A stretch of 64,000 bases of DNA from a virus (taxonomy: Duplodnaviria; Caudoviricetes): IMG/VR virus record IMGVR_UViG_3300017788_000018, positions 842 through 64,841 of that record; one strand, given 5' to 3'. Shown in pieces: positions 1 to 9,246 of this stretch (the stretch's first letter is position 1; every line of letters starts with the position of its first letter). A program made the translations under genes and the position numbers. Below the pieces are notes generated by a model. That model was given only the letters and a program-made list of their open reading frames with translations, was not told where the DNA came from and made no database searches.

Positions 1-2
1 AC

Positions 3-1280
3 CGCAAGAACCCCAAGAACATCGTCTACAAGCATCCTCTGCTCCAGGAGGTGCTTGAGTCCACGGCTGGTCTGGTTATCTTCCAGGAGCAGCTTCAGAT
101 GATCTACAACAAACTGGCCGGTGTCCCCTTGGAGGAAACCGATGCCGTGAGAAAGGCCTTCACCAAAAAGGACCTCTCCAATAAGGAGAAGGCCGAGAAG
201 GAGCGTTTGGCAATGCGTGAGGACTTCGCCGAGAAGTGCCTGGCCGCCAATGAGATTCCGAAGAGCATCAGCTACTCCATCTTTGATGAAATGCAGAAGT
301 ATGTGGCTTACTCCTTCAACAAGAGTCATGCCGTGGCCTATGCCATTATCTCCTACCAGTGCGCCTGGTTCCTGACATACTATCCCAATGAGTGGGTTAC
401 GACCTACATCGACTACTGCTCAACCACAAAGGGAAAGCAAACCGGCAAGGAAGACCCTAAGAGTGTGGCTCTGTCAGAGGCCAAGGGCCTGGGCTTTGTC
501 ATCGGCAAGCCCGACATTAACCTCTCGGAGCGGGACTGCACCATTCAGAACAATAAGATCATCCCGAGCTTTGCCTCTCTCAAGTACGTTGGTAATTCCG
601 TACTAGGCGAAATCTCTCAGTTCCGCCCCTATCGGAATCTTGAGGACCTTCTCTTTGAGCCCAATGATTCCTGGCGTCATAGCAAGTTTAACAAGCGCGC
701 CATGAGCACCCTGGTTAAGCTTGAGGCCTTCGAGTCCATGGACCTCGTGGGCGAGGGCAAGATGTTTGCAAACTATCGGCAGCTTCATCACGTCCTGGTG
801 GATCGAGCCGATGCCCTTAAGAGGGCCGTGTCCAACAAGAAAAAGACCCACAAGGAAGACCTGCTCAAGTATATCGAGGAGGCGAAGGAGCTTCCCGATT
901 GGACGCTGACCGAGAAGGTCACGACCTCACGGGAGTTGGCCGGGTCGGTGGACCTCGCCCTGATCGTTACCCCTGAGATTTCTCAGTATTTCGACAGTAA
1001 GGGAATCGTGTCTATTGACGAGAGGGAGGATGACGACCAGTGGGTTTGGTGCATCGTTAAGACCTCTCAGGCCGCAAAGACCAAGTCTGAGAAGGCCAAG
1101 GACTATCTCCGCATGAAGGTCTACGGTCAGAGCGGCCAGGACAAGACAGTCTTCTGTTGGAATTTCAAGCCAGCCAAGGATCAGGTCATCCCTGAGAACA
1201 CTCTCATCATCGGTCGCTTCAAGGAGTCGCCCTTTGGCTTCTCGGCTTTCTTCGGTGGGCTTGAGGTTATCGGCAGTTGA
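3..1280 (+). CDS. dnaE: DNA polymerase III alpha (DnaE-type), 5'-partial
   Basis: Frame open from the window edge; TAGLVIFQEQ, YSFNKSHAVAYA and PDINLS motifs; C-terminal OB-fold-like segment. Confidence 0.92.
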   Translation, partial: RKNPKNIVYKHPLLQEVLESTAGLVIFQEQLQMIYNKLAGVPLEETDAVRKAFTKKDLSNKEKAEKERLAMREDFAEKCLAANEIPKSISYSIFDEMQKYVAYSFNKSHAVAYAIISYQCAWFLTYYPNEWVTTYIDYCSTTKGKQTGKEDPKSVALSEAKGLGFVIGKPDINLSERDCTIQNNKIIPSFASLKYVGNSVLGEISQFRPYRNLEDLLFEPNDSWRHSKFNKRAMSTLVKLEAFESMDLVGEGKMFANYRQLHHVLVDRADALKRAVSNKKKTHKEDLLKYIEEAKELPDWTLTEKVTTSRELAGSVDLALIVTPEISQYFDSKGIVSIDEREDDDQWVWCIVKTSQAAKTKSEKAKDYLRMKVYGQSGQDKTVFCWNFKPAKDQVIPENTLIIGRFKESPFGFSAFFGGLEVIGS

Positions 1281-1699
1281 GGTCGTGTGTGCACTCTAGC
1301 CTTGGAACCCTGGACTACTCCCTGAGTGACGGATACTATCGCCTGGTGGTATCCGTGGATCCAGAACTACATCGGTACTATCGGTCCAGGATTCCAAAGT
1401 ACTTTGTGTGCAATCCTCAAAGGTACCCGCCTCATATCACGGTTGTAAGGGGAGAGGTTCCTCCCCTTAAGGATCTTTGGGGTCGGTACCAGGGAAAGCA
1501 AGTCAGTTTTGATTACAGTCCCGAGATACACAACGACGAAACCTATTGGTGGCTTAACTGCTATTCTCAGGCTCTAACAGAAATCCGCCTTGAACTTGGA
1601 CTCCCTAGGAGTTACCACCTGACCCGACCACCTAGTGGAGAGGAGTGCTTTCACACCACCATAGGAAACCGTAAGACACTGGATTCTGCGAAAAAGTAA
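1277..1699 (+). CDS. 2H phosphoesterase family protein
   Basis: Two HxT motifs (PHITVV, FHTTIG) about 73 aa apart; start uncertain (TTG 1277 or GTG 1289). Confidence 0.75.
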   Translation: MRSCVHSSLGTLDYSLSDGYYRLVVSVDPELHRYYRSRIPKYFVCNPQRYPPHITVVRGEVPPLKDLWGRYQGKQVSFDYSPEIHNDETYWWLNCYSQALTEIRLELGLPRSYHLTRPPSGEECFHTTIGNRKTLDSAKK

Positions 1700-1711
1700 C
1701 CGATTCCAACG

Positions 1712-1748
1712 AAGGAGAGGGGTACCAAAAGTGCCCCTCTCTTTTTGT
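1712..1748 (+). terminator. Intrinsic terminator
   Basis: GGAGAGGGGTAC-caaaa-GTGCCCCTCTCT followed by a T run. Confidence 0.85.
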
Positions 1749-1777
1749 CTTCCCTTGTTACAAGGTCACCAGAGAAC

Positions 1778-1783
1778 TATTTA
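1778..1783 (+). promoter_or_regulatory. Putative late-promoter hexamer TA(C/T/A)TTA (representative copy)
   Basis: Also upstream of genes at 5715, 7086, 8258, 15933, 17902, 21326, 22026, 25914, 54441, 55391 (+) and 13136, 33059, 46351, 53570 (-). Confidence 0.6.
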
Positions 1784-1814
1784 TCTCTAGTTTTACTCTA
1801 GAGTCAGGTCAAAC

Positions 1815-2777
1815 ATGTCACAGAAATCGCCACTAAACCTGCATGAAATTGTCAAGTCCTCAATCAGAAAGACTCTGAGCGAGTCCGGTGTGGACCTAAC
1901 TCCCGCAGCCAAGCCACTCGCAAAGAAAGAGTCCCCAAAGGTGGCCCCGCTGACAAAGCTCAAGGAAGCCATCATTCTGACCCCGCGCTCTTTCCTGATC
2001 AAGACAGAGTTTCTGAGCGCCGGTGCAAAGCGTGCTCATGAGCTCCTTTACAACAGCTATGTGGAGGCCGTTAACAAGATTGGTGCGGCCCTGGATGCTG
2101 CCAGCACAGAGGATGCCAAGTCAACCACCTCGAGCTTCCGCTCCCTTAAGGTTGACGAGACCTTCAACCTGAATGCCGTCAAGCTCCATGAGCTTCACTT
2201 TAGCAACATTTCGGACCAGGCCTCTGAGATTGGTGTGGACTCCATTCCTTACATGAGGCTTTCCCGTGACTTCGGTACCTTCGAGAAGTGGCAATTCAAC
2301 TTCATGGCCTGTGCCCTTAGTGCTCGCAGTGGCTGGGCCGTTACCTACTTTGAACCATACCGCAATGTCTTTGTCAACACCTTCATCGATGGCCACGACG
2401 TAAATGTCCCTGTGGGTGTGATTCCGGTTTTGGTTCTGGATATGTGGGAGCATGCCTACTTCAAGGACTATGGCGATGACAAGAAATCCTACATCATTTC
2501 CATGATGAGAGAGATTAACTGGAACGTCGTGGAGGCCCGCATGACCGTGGTAGAGAAGTGCCCAATGGACATGCTCTACAGAATTGTGCCGGTTACAAAT
2601 GACGTTCCCGAGCATATGCTCTCGGCAGCCCAAGAGGCAGCAGGTCGCCCTCCCATTGTGGACGTTGTTCCTGCCGCTGGTACCCCAGCAACCTCCCAGA
2701 GCAGACCAGGCATGGTAGCACCCACAGCCCCACCTTCTCCTGCAACGCAGACGCCTTCCACCAATCCTAGGACCTGA
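1815..2777 (+). CDS. Fe/Mn superoxide dismutase-like protein with N- and C-terminal extensions
   Basis: AHELLY, LHELHF, GSGW-like ARSGW and LVLDMWEHAY motifs; Pro/Ala-rich tail. Confidence 0.85.
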   Translation: MSQKSPLNLHEIVKSSIRKTLSESGVDLTPAAKPLAKKESPKVAPLTKLKEAIILTPRSFLIKTEFLSAGAKRAHELLYNSYVEAVNKIGAALDAASTEDAKSTTSSFRSLKVDETFNLNAVKLHELHFSNISDQASEIGVDSIPYMRLSRDFGTFEKWQFNFMACALSARSGWAVTYFEPYRNVFVNTFIDGHDVNVPVGVIPVLVLDMWEHAYFKDYGDDKKSYIISMMREINWNVVEARMTVVEKCPMDMLYRIVPVTNDVPEHMLSAAQEAAGRPPIVDVVPAAGTPATSQSRPGMVAPTAPPSPATQTPSTNPRT

Positions 2778-2780
2778 AAT

Positions 2781-3752
2781 ATGCCAGTAAAGACAAACAT
2801 GTCGGCTGAGGCCTTGGCCGTTAGAATCATTACGAGAGCCATCGAGAATGACGTGGACGTTTGGAGCGCCTGCCGTGAGGTTGAGCGTTTCTTCGGCGGG
2901 CGAGGTGTGCAGATTCCTTTCTCTCTCAAGAACAAGGCTTGTGAGATTGCCGATCAAAAACTAACAGAAATGGATGAACTGGAAACCATGAACGAGGCAA
3001 AAAAAGCAAGGAAAAAGAGGCTTAAGGAACAGACCATGGTTGGTGAACAAAATCTGCCCGATCAACCTCGGCAGATGGCAGACTTCCAGGCACCTCCCCA
3101 GAAGCCGGTCAGCCTTGATCAGGTTGTGGATCGCTACATCGTCCGCTATGAGAGAGAAAGCATCCCACTAGAAAACCAGCCAAATGGACCAGGGATTGCA
3201 CCTCCCCAGGGCTCGCAGCCAGCGGGTGGTTCCCCTAGCACCCTGGAAGAGGGTACAAGGCCCCTTAGAAGCCTTTTGGAGTTTCTCCTGCTTGAGCAGG
3301 CACCTCCTCCACCCCCTGAGGACGAGCCTCCTGCCGAGGATCCCGCAGCAGACGCAGGCACCACGCCTCCAGGTATGGATGACATACCTGACCTAGGTGG
3401 AGATGAGGGCATGGAAGACCCAAGTGGCGGTGGCGGAGCAGCTCCACCCGAGGGTGCAGGCGGCGCAATTGTCAACACTCCACAGATCAACCTCAATGAG
3501 TTTGCAAGAAGCATCGCACGCATGGTAAACAACTATGATGCCCTTCTCAACCCAAAGACGATCATTCTGAATCGCGTGGAAGCCTACCTCAGAAGCAACT
3601 ATAACGAGCCCACGGCAAAACACTTTATGCAAATCATGGAACGCAACTACGGTCTCAATATCACCTCGGTTGAATACCCAGATGACACCAACTCCTTCCC
3701 GGTTGTTTACGGGGTTGGAGCCTTTGCAGGTGGTGCAGGGGGCGGCGGTTGA
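2781..3752 (+). CDS. Hypothetical acidic, Pro/Gly-rich protein (possible virion)
   Basis: 323-aa ORF, low-complexity linker, LLLEQ motif. Confidence 0.7.
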   Translation: MPVKTNMSAEALAVRIITRAIENDVDVWSACREVERFFGGRGVQIPFSLKNKACEIADQKLTEMDELETMNEAKKARKKRLKEQTMVGEQNLPDQPRQMADFQAPPQKPVSLDQVVDRYIVRYERESIPLENQPNGPGIAPPQGSQPAGGSPSTLEEGTRPLRSLLEFLLLEQAPPPPPEDEPPAEDPAADAGTTPPGMDDIPDLGGDEGMEDPSGGGGAAPPEGAGGAIVNTPQINLNEFARSIARMVNNYDALLNPKTIILNRVEAYLRSNYNEPTAKHFMQIMERNYGLNITSVEYPDDTNSFPVVYGVGAFAGGAGGGG

Positions 3753-3785
3753 ACAGCTCCCTTTAGCAAACAAGGAACAAAACTC

Positions 3786-4151
3786 ATGAGTTCAGAAGCC
3801 TCAATGCCAATGAACCCTGCCGAGGTGGAAGCTTCCCTAGGGGAAGTTAGTTCTGTCAGAAGACGTGGGCGAGGGAAGAAATCCCTTCGACTCAAGAAGT
3901 CTGCCGTTACCATTGGATTTGAGCCAGGCCAACTGCTTGAACTCTCGAGGGTGATGTTTGTCAGTGGGTTGACGTTTCATCAGTTTTTCGGCTATCTCGT
4001 CCAACAGATTATCAGCGGGGATGAGAGACTGCTCGAACTTATCAAGGAGGCACAGAACTACAAGAAACAAAGGATTCTGGAAGGAAAGGAAGAAAAGGTT
4101 GATGCCGCAACCCTCTATCGAATGATAGAGGAGCAGCTAAATGTCGGTTAG
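3786..4151 (+). CDS. Hypothetical protein
   Basis: AAGGA upstream; basic patch followed by a helical region. Confidence 0.7.
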   Translation: MSSEASMPMNPAEVEASLGEVSSVRRRGRGKKSLRLKKSAVTIGFEPGQLLELSRVMFVSGLTFHQFFGYLVQQIISGDERLLELIKEAQNYKKQRILEGKEEKVDAATLYRMIEEQLNVG

Positions 4152-4180
4152 ATATAGCTTGGAAAGATAGCGAGGTTCCT

Positions 4181-4555
4181 ATGTCACTTAAGTCGTTTAT
4201 TGAGGGTGTGTTTTTGTCTCTAGCTGGAATCTGGTGGCCAAAGGGTGAGACCCAGACCATTGCAACCCTTCCCGCTGAGACCTCCAATCAGGACAATGAG
4301 AGACTGAACTATATTGAGACCAAGCTCCACCGCATCGGCCACAGGCTTGATGAGATTGAGAAAAGGCAAGAGGAAATCGATCGCAAGTTGGATGCCCAGA
4401 TTCTTCTGTCCGAGGAAATTCTGTCGTCTCTGGCTGCTCTAGAGACCCAGAAGGCTAATCGAAAGAATGCCGCCGCCTTGGTAGATAAGGCCCCCGAGAT
4501 TAAGGTTGTGGCTCAGGTTCATCAACAAAAATCGAAGAAACAAATCCTCAATTGA
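4181..4555 (+). CDS. Coiled-coil protein
   Basis: GAGG SD; heptad pattern. Confidence 0.7.
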   Translation: MSLKSFIEGVFLSLAGIWWPKGETQTIATLPAETSNQDNERLNYIETKLHRIGHRLDEIEKRQEEIDRKLDAQILLSEEILSSLAALETQKANRKNAAALVDKAPEIKVVAQVHQQKSKKQILN

Positions 4556-4571
4556 GTCCCAAACTCAATGG

Positions 4572-5102
4572 ATGCCTGTCGATCCATTTTCACTACCGGA
4601 CGAACCGGGGACAATGCTTCCTCCCCCGGCTTCTCCACCATCTGTGCAACCCACAAAGAAAGAAGCACCTCCCCCTAGGGAGGAGTCGGCCCTTACCAAG
4701 GCCTTTTCTAGGTTGGGCTCTTTTATTCGGGCCAATTGGAAACCTGTCCTAGGACTGGTTCTGGTGGCCCTTGTGGGCTTGTTTATTTTCTTTCAACTCA
4801 GGGAACTTGAGAAGAGGAACGCCGATCTAAAGACGGACCTTGTGGCCCAGAGAGCCCAGCACATGGAAGAAATGAGGGAGCTCACCGAGAGCTTTCAGAG
4901 ACAGCAACAGGCCCAGGCCGAGATTGACCGTAAGTTTGAGGGTCGCCTTCAGGAGCTTTCCGTTCAGTACGAGGAAGCCCTGACTCGGATTGCCCAGACC
5001 AGAAGAACCCGGCAGAGACAGATTGAGGAGAACCCCTCAACCCTTCCCTCTGTGTTTGAAAACGTTTTTGGAATTCCCTCTCGGGAAGGCACCCAACCAT
5101 GA
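4572..5102 (+). CDS. Single-TM coiled-coil protein, i-spanin-like
   Basis: TM VLGLVLVALVGLFIFF then a long coiled coil; ATGA-coupled to a lipoprotein; start reassigned to ATG 4572. Confidence 0.6.
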   Translation: MPVDPFSLPDEPGTMLPPPASPPSVQPTKKEAPPPREESALTKAFSRLGSFIRANWKPVLGLVLVALVGLFIFFQLRELEKRNADLKTDLVAQRAQHMEEMRELTESFQRQQQAQAEIDRKFEGRLQELSVQYEEALTRIAQTRRTRQRQIEENPSTLPSVFENVFGIPSREGTQP

Positions 5103-5680
5103 ATACTCTCACCAAAAGAACCATTGCCCTTGTTACCACTCTCTGCCTTGTCCTGGCAACAGTGGGGTGCGGAGCCTCCTCGTCCTCGGGACCAAGCAGA
5201 ACCACCCTTGAGAACATTCGGGCTCAGTTTCCTCCACTTGAGGAAGGACCCCCGCCAGAGCCCCTAGAGGAGGTTGTAACGCCCACAAGAGAACAACCTG
5301 ATGCTGAGTCCTCTTTCTCCCAGAGAGTCCTACAGGGGCAATCTGTGCCCTTTAGCGGGCTACTCCTGAGCGATGCTGCGGCTGCCTTTGTGGCCTCGGA
5401 GTATGAGGCCCTAACCCAGAGATTCGGGGCCTCGCTTACTCAGCAACGTCAAAGGGACTTTGCTAGGCTGGTGCATCTTTCCGAGACAATGAGACTCCAA
5501 ATTAACTCTGATCGTGAGAGATTTCTGATCATTGCCGAGAATCAGGAAACCTACATCAACAGCCTGGAAAGAGCCCTGAGTGCTTCCAATGAACCCAACG
5601 TTCTAGAGATTCTGGCAATGGTTGGAATTGGAGCTCTAGGAATCCTTGTGGGTATCGTGGTTGGAATTTTGCTCAATTAA
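5099..5680 (+). CDS. Lipoprotein with C-terminal TM, spanin-like
   Basis: Signal peptide ending LVLATVGC, helical body, C-terminal hydrophobic ILAMVGIGALGILVGIVVGILL. Confidence 0.6.
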   Translation: MNTLTKRTIALVTTLCLVLATVGCGASSSSGPSRTTLENIRAQFPPLEEGPPPEPLEEVVTPTREQPDAESSFSQRVLQGQSVPFSGLLLSDAAAAFVASEYEALTQRFGASLTQQRQRDFARLVHLSETMRLQINSDRERFLIIAENQETYINSLERALSASNEPNVLEILAMVGIGALGILVGIVVGILLN

Positions 5681-5737
5681 GAACACCCCAAAAGCAACAC
5701 GGCATTTCCTAACCTATTTAGAGGTTGGAGAAAATCT

Positions 5738-6067
5738 ATGATGCTACCGATGTTCGAGCAAAGCAATGGAGAAAAGTCTGCCTCCTTCACAATGATGGCC
5801 GCAGCATTTGGTGTCATCACCATTTGGTTGCTCCTGAGCATCGTTGAGGAGATTGCTGGCGTTCCCATCAGGGAATTCAACGGTGCTGAGGCCATGGCCT
5901 ATTTCACCCCATTGGCTGCTCTCTATTTTGGTAGAAGGTGGACCGCAGACATGGGATCCGAAAGAGCTAACAAGATCCTTGAGTCCGTAAGAGGCAATCC
6001 GGTGAATTCTATTCCTCCACCTCCACCTCCTGCTGGTGGTGACGAGGAAGAGGAAGCCGAAAAGTAG
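5738..6067 (+). CDS. Holin-like two-TM protein
   Basis: Two hydrophobic segments, YFGRR, charged C-terminus; next to spanin-like genes. Confidence 0.55.
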   Translation: MMLPMFEQSNGEKSASFTMMAAAFGVITIWLLLSIVEEIAGVPIREFNGAEAMAYFTPLAALYFGRRWTADMGSERANKILESVRGNPVNSIPPPPPPAGGDEEEEAEK

Positions 6068-6072
6068 GATTT

Positions 6073-6118
6073 CCCTTGCAAAATAATGGTTTAATGTAGG
6101 CCAGACCTGTGCTAGAAT
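6073..6118 (+). promoter_or_regulatory. sigma70-type early promoter
   Basis: CCCTTGCA-AAATAATGG-TTTAAT-N17-TAGAAT with extended -10 TG. Confidence 0.8.
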
Positions 6119-6137
6119 AAAGATTCGGGAGAAACGA

Positions 6138-7049
6138 ATGAGCGAAAATACCAAGAAGCTGAGTGCGTTCGAGGTTACGACCATGATCCAGGAGATGGTC
6201 TCCGAGGAATTGCGAAAGGCACGAGAGGACAGCCGTCCCATCCGTGAGGGCGTCAACCTTGCAACCCTGGACAAGGATGACCTAAACCCCGTTTTCACTT
6301 CGATGCGTCCAGCGGATCAGAAGGCCATGATTCAGTGGATCATGCGCTATTTCTTCACGCCTGCAAAGAAGAACCAGCCCTGGTGGAGCAACAAGATTAC
6401 CCCGGCCAACGTGCTTGCGTTCATTTCGCAGCCTCGTTCGGGCTTCCCTCTGACTCCACGAGAAATGGTGGACGACTGGAAGATCAAGAAGTCCCTCAAG
6501 ACCGATCTGGCAAAGATCAGTGATGCAGACGTGGAGAGCTTCTCTGCCGAGCCCACTGGACCTGTGAACAACACCGGGGAAAAGTCCCTTAAGGACATTG
6601 CCGCCGAGCTTGGAGGCCTTAGCCTTCCATCGATCTCTCAGACCGAGCTTGCTGGTCTTGAGAAGCTCAAGAAGCTCCTGGGTGGAAAGAACCCTATGAG
6701 CATGGACGCAGATGAGCTTGAGAACCTTCTCAAGCATGTCAAGGTTGCTCGTGAGACGACCTCTCACACCTTCGCACAGGACCTCAAGGCGGCTGGTGGT
6801 GATGTGAAGAAGTTTTTCAAGGGGCTTGTGGCCAAGGGCATCATGCAGCCAGTGGACATTTCCCTTCTCAAGCCCCGTGAGATCGAAATGCTCGTGTTCC
6901 TCATGGACAAGCCTGAGGATCAGATTGCACAGTACCTCCGAGGCGATGCCCTCAAGGCCGACAATAAGATTAAGACTTTCCAGGCAGCAGTGGCTCGCAG
7001 CCTCTCGCCGGTTCGTCCTCGTGGTCGTCCCCGTAAGAACCCCGTCTGA
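6138..7049 (+). CDS. Putative transcription regulator: sigma region-4-like HTH plus AT-hook
   Basis: KSLKDIAAELGGLSLPSISQTELAGLEKLKKLL; C-terminal RPRGRPRK. Confidence 0.6.
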   Translation: MSENTKKLSAFEVTTMIQEMVSEELRKAREDSRPIREGVNLATLDKDDLNPVFTSMRPADQKAMIQWIMRYFFTPAKKNQPWWSNKITPANVLAFISQPRSGFPLTPREMVDDWKIKKSLKTDLAKISDADVESFSAEPTGPVNNTGEKSLKDIAAELGGLSLPSISQTELAGLEKLKKLLGGKNPMSMDADELENLLKHVKVARETTSHTFAQDLKAAGGDVKKFFKGLVAKGIMQPVDISLLKPREIEMLVFLMDKPEDQIAQYLRGDALKADNKIKTFQAAVARSLSPVRPRGRPRKNPV

Positions 7050-7096
7050 TACCCTAGCCACACCAACACCCAACTGAAGGGCGCATACTTAACGGT

Positions 7097-7450
7097 ATGC
7101 GCCCTTCTTTCATTTCGGACCTGTTTCGTAGAACCTTGGGCCTCGGTGAGGGCCCTAATCCCTTACCTGCTGATGGCTGGACTCAGATAAGCGATCAATC
7201 TTCTGAGGGACCAACCTTTCAACGTCTCTATACGCCCATGGACCTAGGCCTGGATAAGGAAACACTTTTAACGAGCATCAAGCTATCTGTATTAAATGTC
7301 AAACATGGTCGTGGTATACTAATAGAAATTGAGAATCGCAATTCCTCAACTATCATTCTCAAAGTCCTAGGGGAGTCGCACCTTCTCAAGGATTGTTGTG
7401 TCGTTACCCATCACATCAATGCCCTTATCGATAGGGCCGAAAAGGCATAG
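7097..7450 (+). CDS. Hypothetical protein
   Basis: ATG 5 nt after TACTTA. Confidence 0.55.
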   Translation: MRPSFISDLFRRTLGLGEGPNPLPADGWTQISDQSSEGPTFQRLYTPMDLGLDKETLLTSIKLSVLNVKHGRGILIEIENRNSSTIILKVLGESHLLKDCCVVTHHINALIDRAEKA

Positions 7451-7460
7451 GAAATTCACC

Positions 7461-8231
7461 ATGAGCAATGACTCTACGGAAAAAGAAGCGGGCCCGAGCC
7501 TAGTCATGTCTCCCGTGGAACCTGTCGCACAGGAACCCTCCGAGGCCGTGTCAGAAGAAAAGGAAGTAGACTTGGAGTCTATGCTGGGGTCTGCCCCACA
7601 GATTCCTATGCCTCAATCTGGACCGTTTGTTCGTATCACCAAGAAATACCTAGAGGCTCGCAAAAGACGCCTCAAGGTAAAGTGGAATGGTTTTGGAGAA
7701 AAGGCTGCGTCCCTTCCTTATCCTGAGACTCTTGATGAAGAAACCGTTAATCCAGAGGATGAGGACATTGAGGAAATGAACAAGCTAATCAGCTTGAAGT
7801 ACAGTAAAGAGAAGTCTTCTAAAGTCTCAAAAGCATCGGAAGATAGAAAGCCCAAAACAATGAAACCCAATTTCGTCGTACACTTTGCGTGTCATGGCAT
7901 TAGACCAATCGCCCTGAGCGGTAGACTTAGGGTTCTCTCTGAGGACAACAATGAACTCCGCATCACCCTGAGAGTGGTTCTCGTGGATGCGGGTAAGATC
8001 CTTGGTGCCTTTGGAAACACCACGGTCTCGCGAAAGCTCTACATTCAAAGAACCTCGATTGTGGATGGATACGGAAGGCAACATACGGCCACGCCCACTC
8101 CCAATTGTGGAAAGAAGCGGCGCACCAAGGGCAACTATGAGGTCACGAGCGTACTCGTGGATACTTCTAAGGACAATGTGGACAGACTCAAGGATACGAT
8201 GCAGTTGACGATTCGAGCCTCTAGGACCTAG
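7461..8231 (+). CDS. Hypothetical protein
   Basis: AGGA SD before ATG 7461; acidic N-terminus, beta-rich C-terminus. Confidence 0.65.
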   Translation: MSNDSTEKEAGPSLVMSPVEPVAQEPSEAVSEEKEVDLESMLGSAPQIPMPQSGPFVRITKKYLEARKRRLKVKWNGFGEKAASLPYPETLDEETVNPEDEDIEEMNKLISLKYSKEKSSKVSKASEDRKPKTMKPNFVVHFACHGIRPIALSGRLRVLSEDNNELRITLRVVLVDAGKILGAFGNTTVSRKLYIQRTSIVDGYGRQHTATPTPNCGKKRRTKGNYEVTSVLVDTSKDNVDRLKDTMQLTIRASRT

Positions 8232-8288
8232 AAGTGTGTAATGCCTGGGTGAGTGCCTATTTATACTCACCTAGGAGTTACATTACGC

Positions 8289-8810
8289 ATGAGTACGGAA
8301 ATTAGAAAAGCTCTGGTTAGTGAGCGTCGGAAAAGATATCTTGAGTCCCTAATCAAGGAAGCCCTCACCAGTGCTCTTTTGGAGCAAGGACAGCCCTCGG
8401 CTGCGCCGCCTGCTCCTGCACCAGCTCCTCCTGCGCCAGCACCAGACGCCGCAGCAACACCTCCACCACCTCCTGGTGCCGATGTGGCTTCTGGTCAACA
8501 GCCTTTTACGGTAGACGACATGATCGAACGTCTCAACGTAATCAGAGGCGGCAGAAGCTTTACCGACCCTGAGGTCTATGGTCGTCTCGTGACGTACTTT
8601 AAGACCCTAGAGGATGGAGCCAAGGAAAGCCTTGAGACCTTCCTTGTGGAGCTTGGCAAGATTGTAATTGACGTTGGTAGTGAGGGAGCCGGTCAGAAGG
8701 CCGCCGATCCAAGCGCACCTCTGGCACCTCCTGCGCCTGCGGCTGCTCCACCCCCTGCTCCCGCACCGGCCACTTCGGCCGGTGCGGCACCACCAATTGC
8801 TCCAACCTGA
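8289..8810 (+). CDS. Pro/Ala-rich protein (possible virion)
   Basis: AGGAG SD, TATTTA upstream, LESLIKEAL motif. Confidence 0.7.
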   Translation: MSTEIRKALVSERRKRYLESLIKEALTSALLEQGQPSAAPPAPAPAPPAPAPDAAATPPPPPGADVASGQQPFTVDDMIERLNVIRGGRSFTDPEVYGRLVTYFKTLEDGAKESLETFLVELGKIVIDVGSEGAGQKAADPSAPLAPPAPAAAPPPAPAPATSAGAAPPIAPT

Positions 8811-8837
8811 CCTTAAAAACCCTTATTTTGTAAGGGG

Positions 8838-8876
8838 AAAATAATGGTTTAAACATTGCCCCTGGTGTGCTATTCT
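8838..8876 (+). promoter_or_regulatory. sigma70-type early promoter
   Basis: AAAATAATGG-TTTAAA-N17-TATTCT. Confidence 0.8.
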
Positions 8877-8895
8877 ATTAATAGAGGATCACATA

Positions 8896-9198
8896 ATGGC
8901 AAACAAGCCGAGACTGATGTGGGGCGACGTTCGACAGGTCATGGTTACGGGCGTTCCCGGCATGCGCTTCCTTCCTTGCATGCCCATGCCTGGTAGCATT
9001 CATGCCATCGGTGAGATTCCCAACGGCACCTTTATCACTTTTGTGCGTTCCATGCACCTAGGTGCGGGCGAGGATTCCGAAATGTGGGTTGTCGCCTTCA
9101 CGGACAAACCCTCAGTCGAGGTGTTGATCACCCCGGCAGCCTACACAAACGGCTTTCTTTGGAAGGCAGTCCGCCCCCGCAAGATCGCCCGACGCTGA
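8896..9198 (+). CDS. Hypothetical early protein
   Basis: GAGG SD directly after promoter. Confidence 0.7.
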   Translation: MANKPRLMWGDVRQVMVTGVPGMRFLPCMPMPGSIHAIGEIPNGTFITFVRSMHLGAGEDSEMWVVAFTDKPSVEVLITPAAYTNGFLWKAVRPRKIARR

Positions 9199-9246
9199 TT
9201 CCTCCGCAAACAAACATTCCCTCATTCCAAGAAAAGAGAAAAGAAA

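Noticed and set aside
7097-7450. Resemblance to pterin-4a-carbinolamine dehydratase
   Set aside because: The HHP and TH catalytic motifs are not in the expected positions; left as hypothetical.
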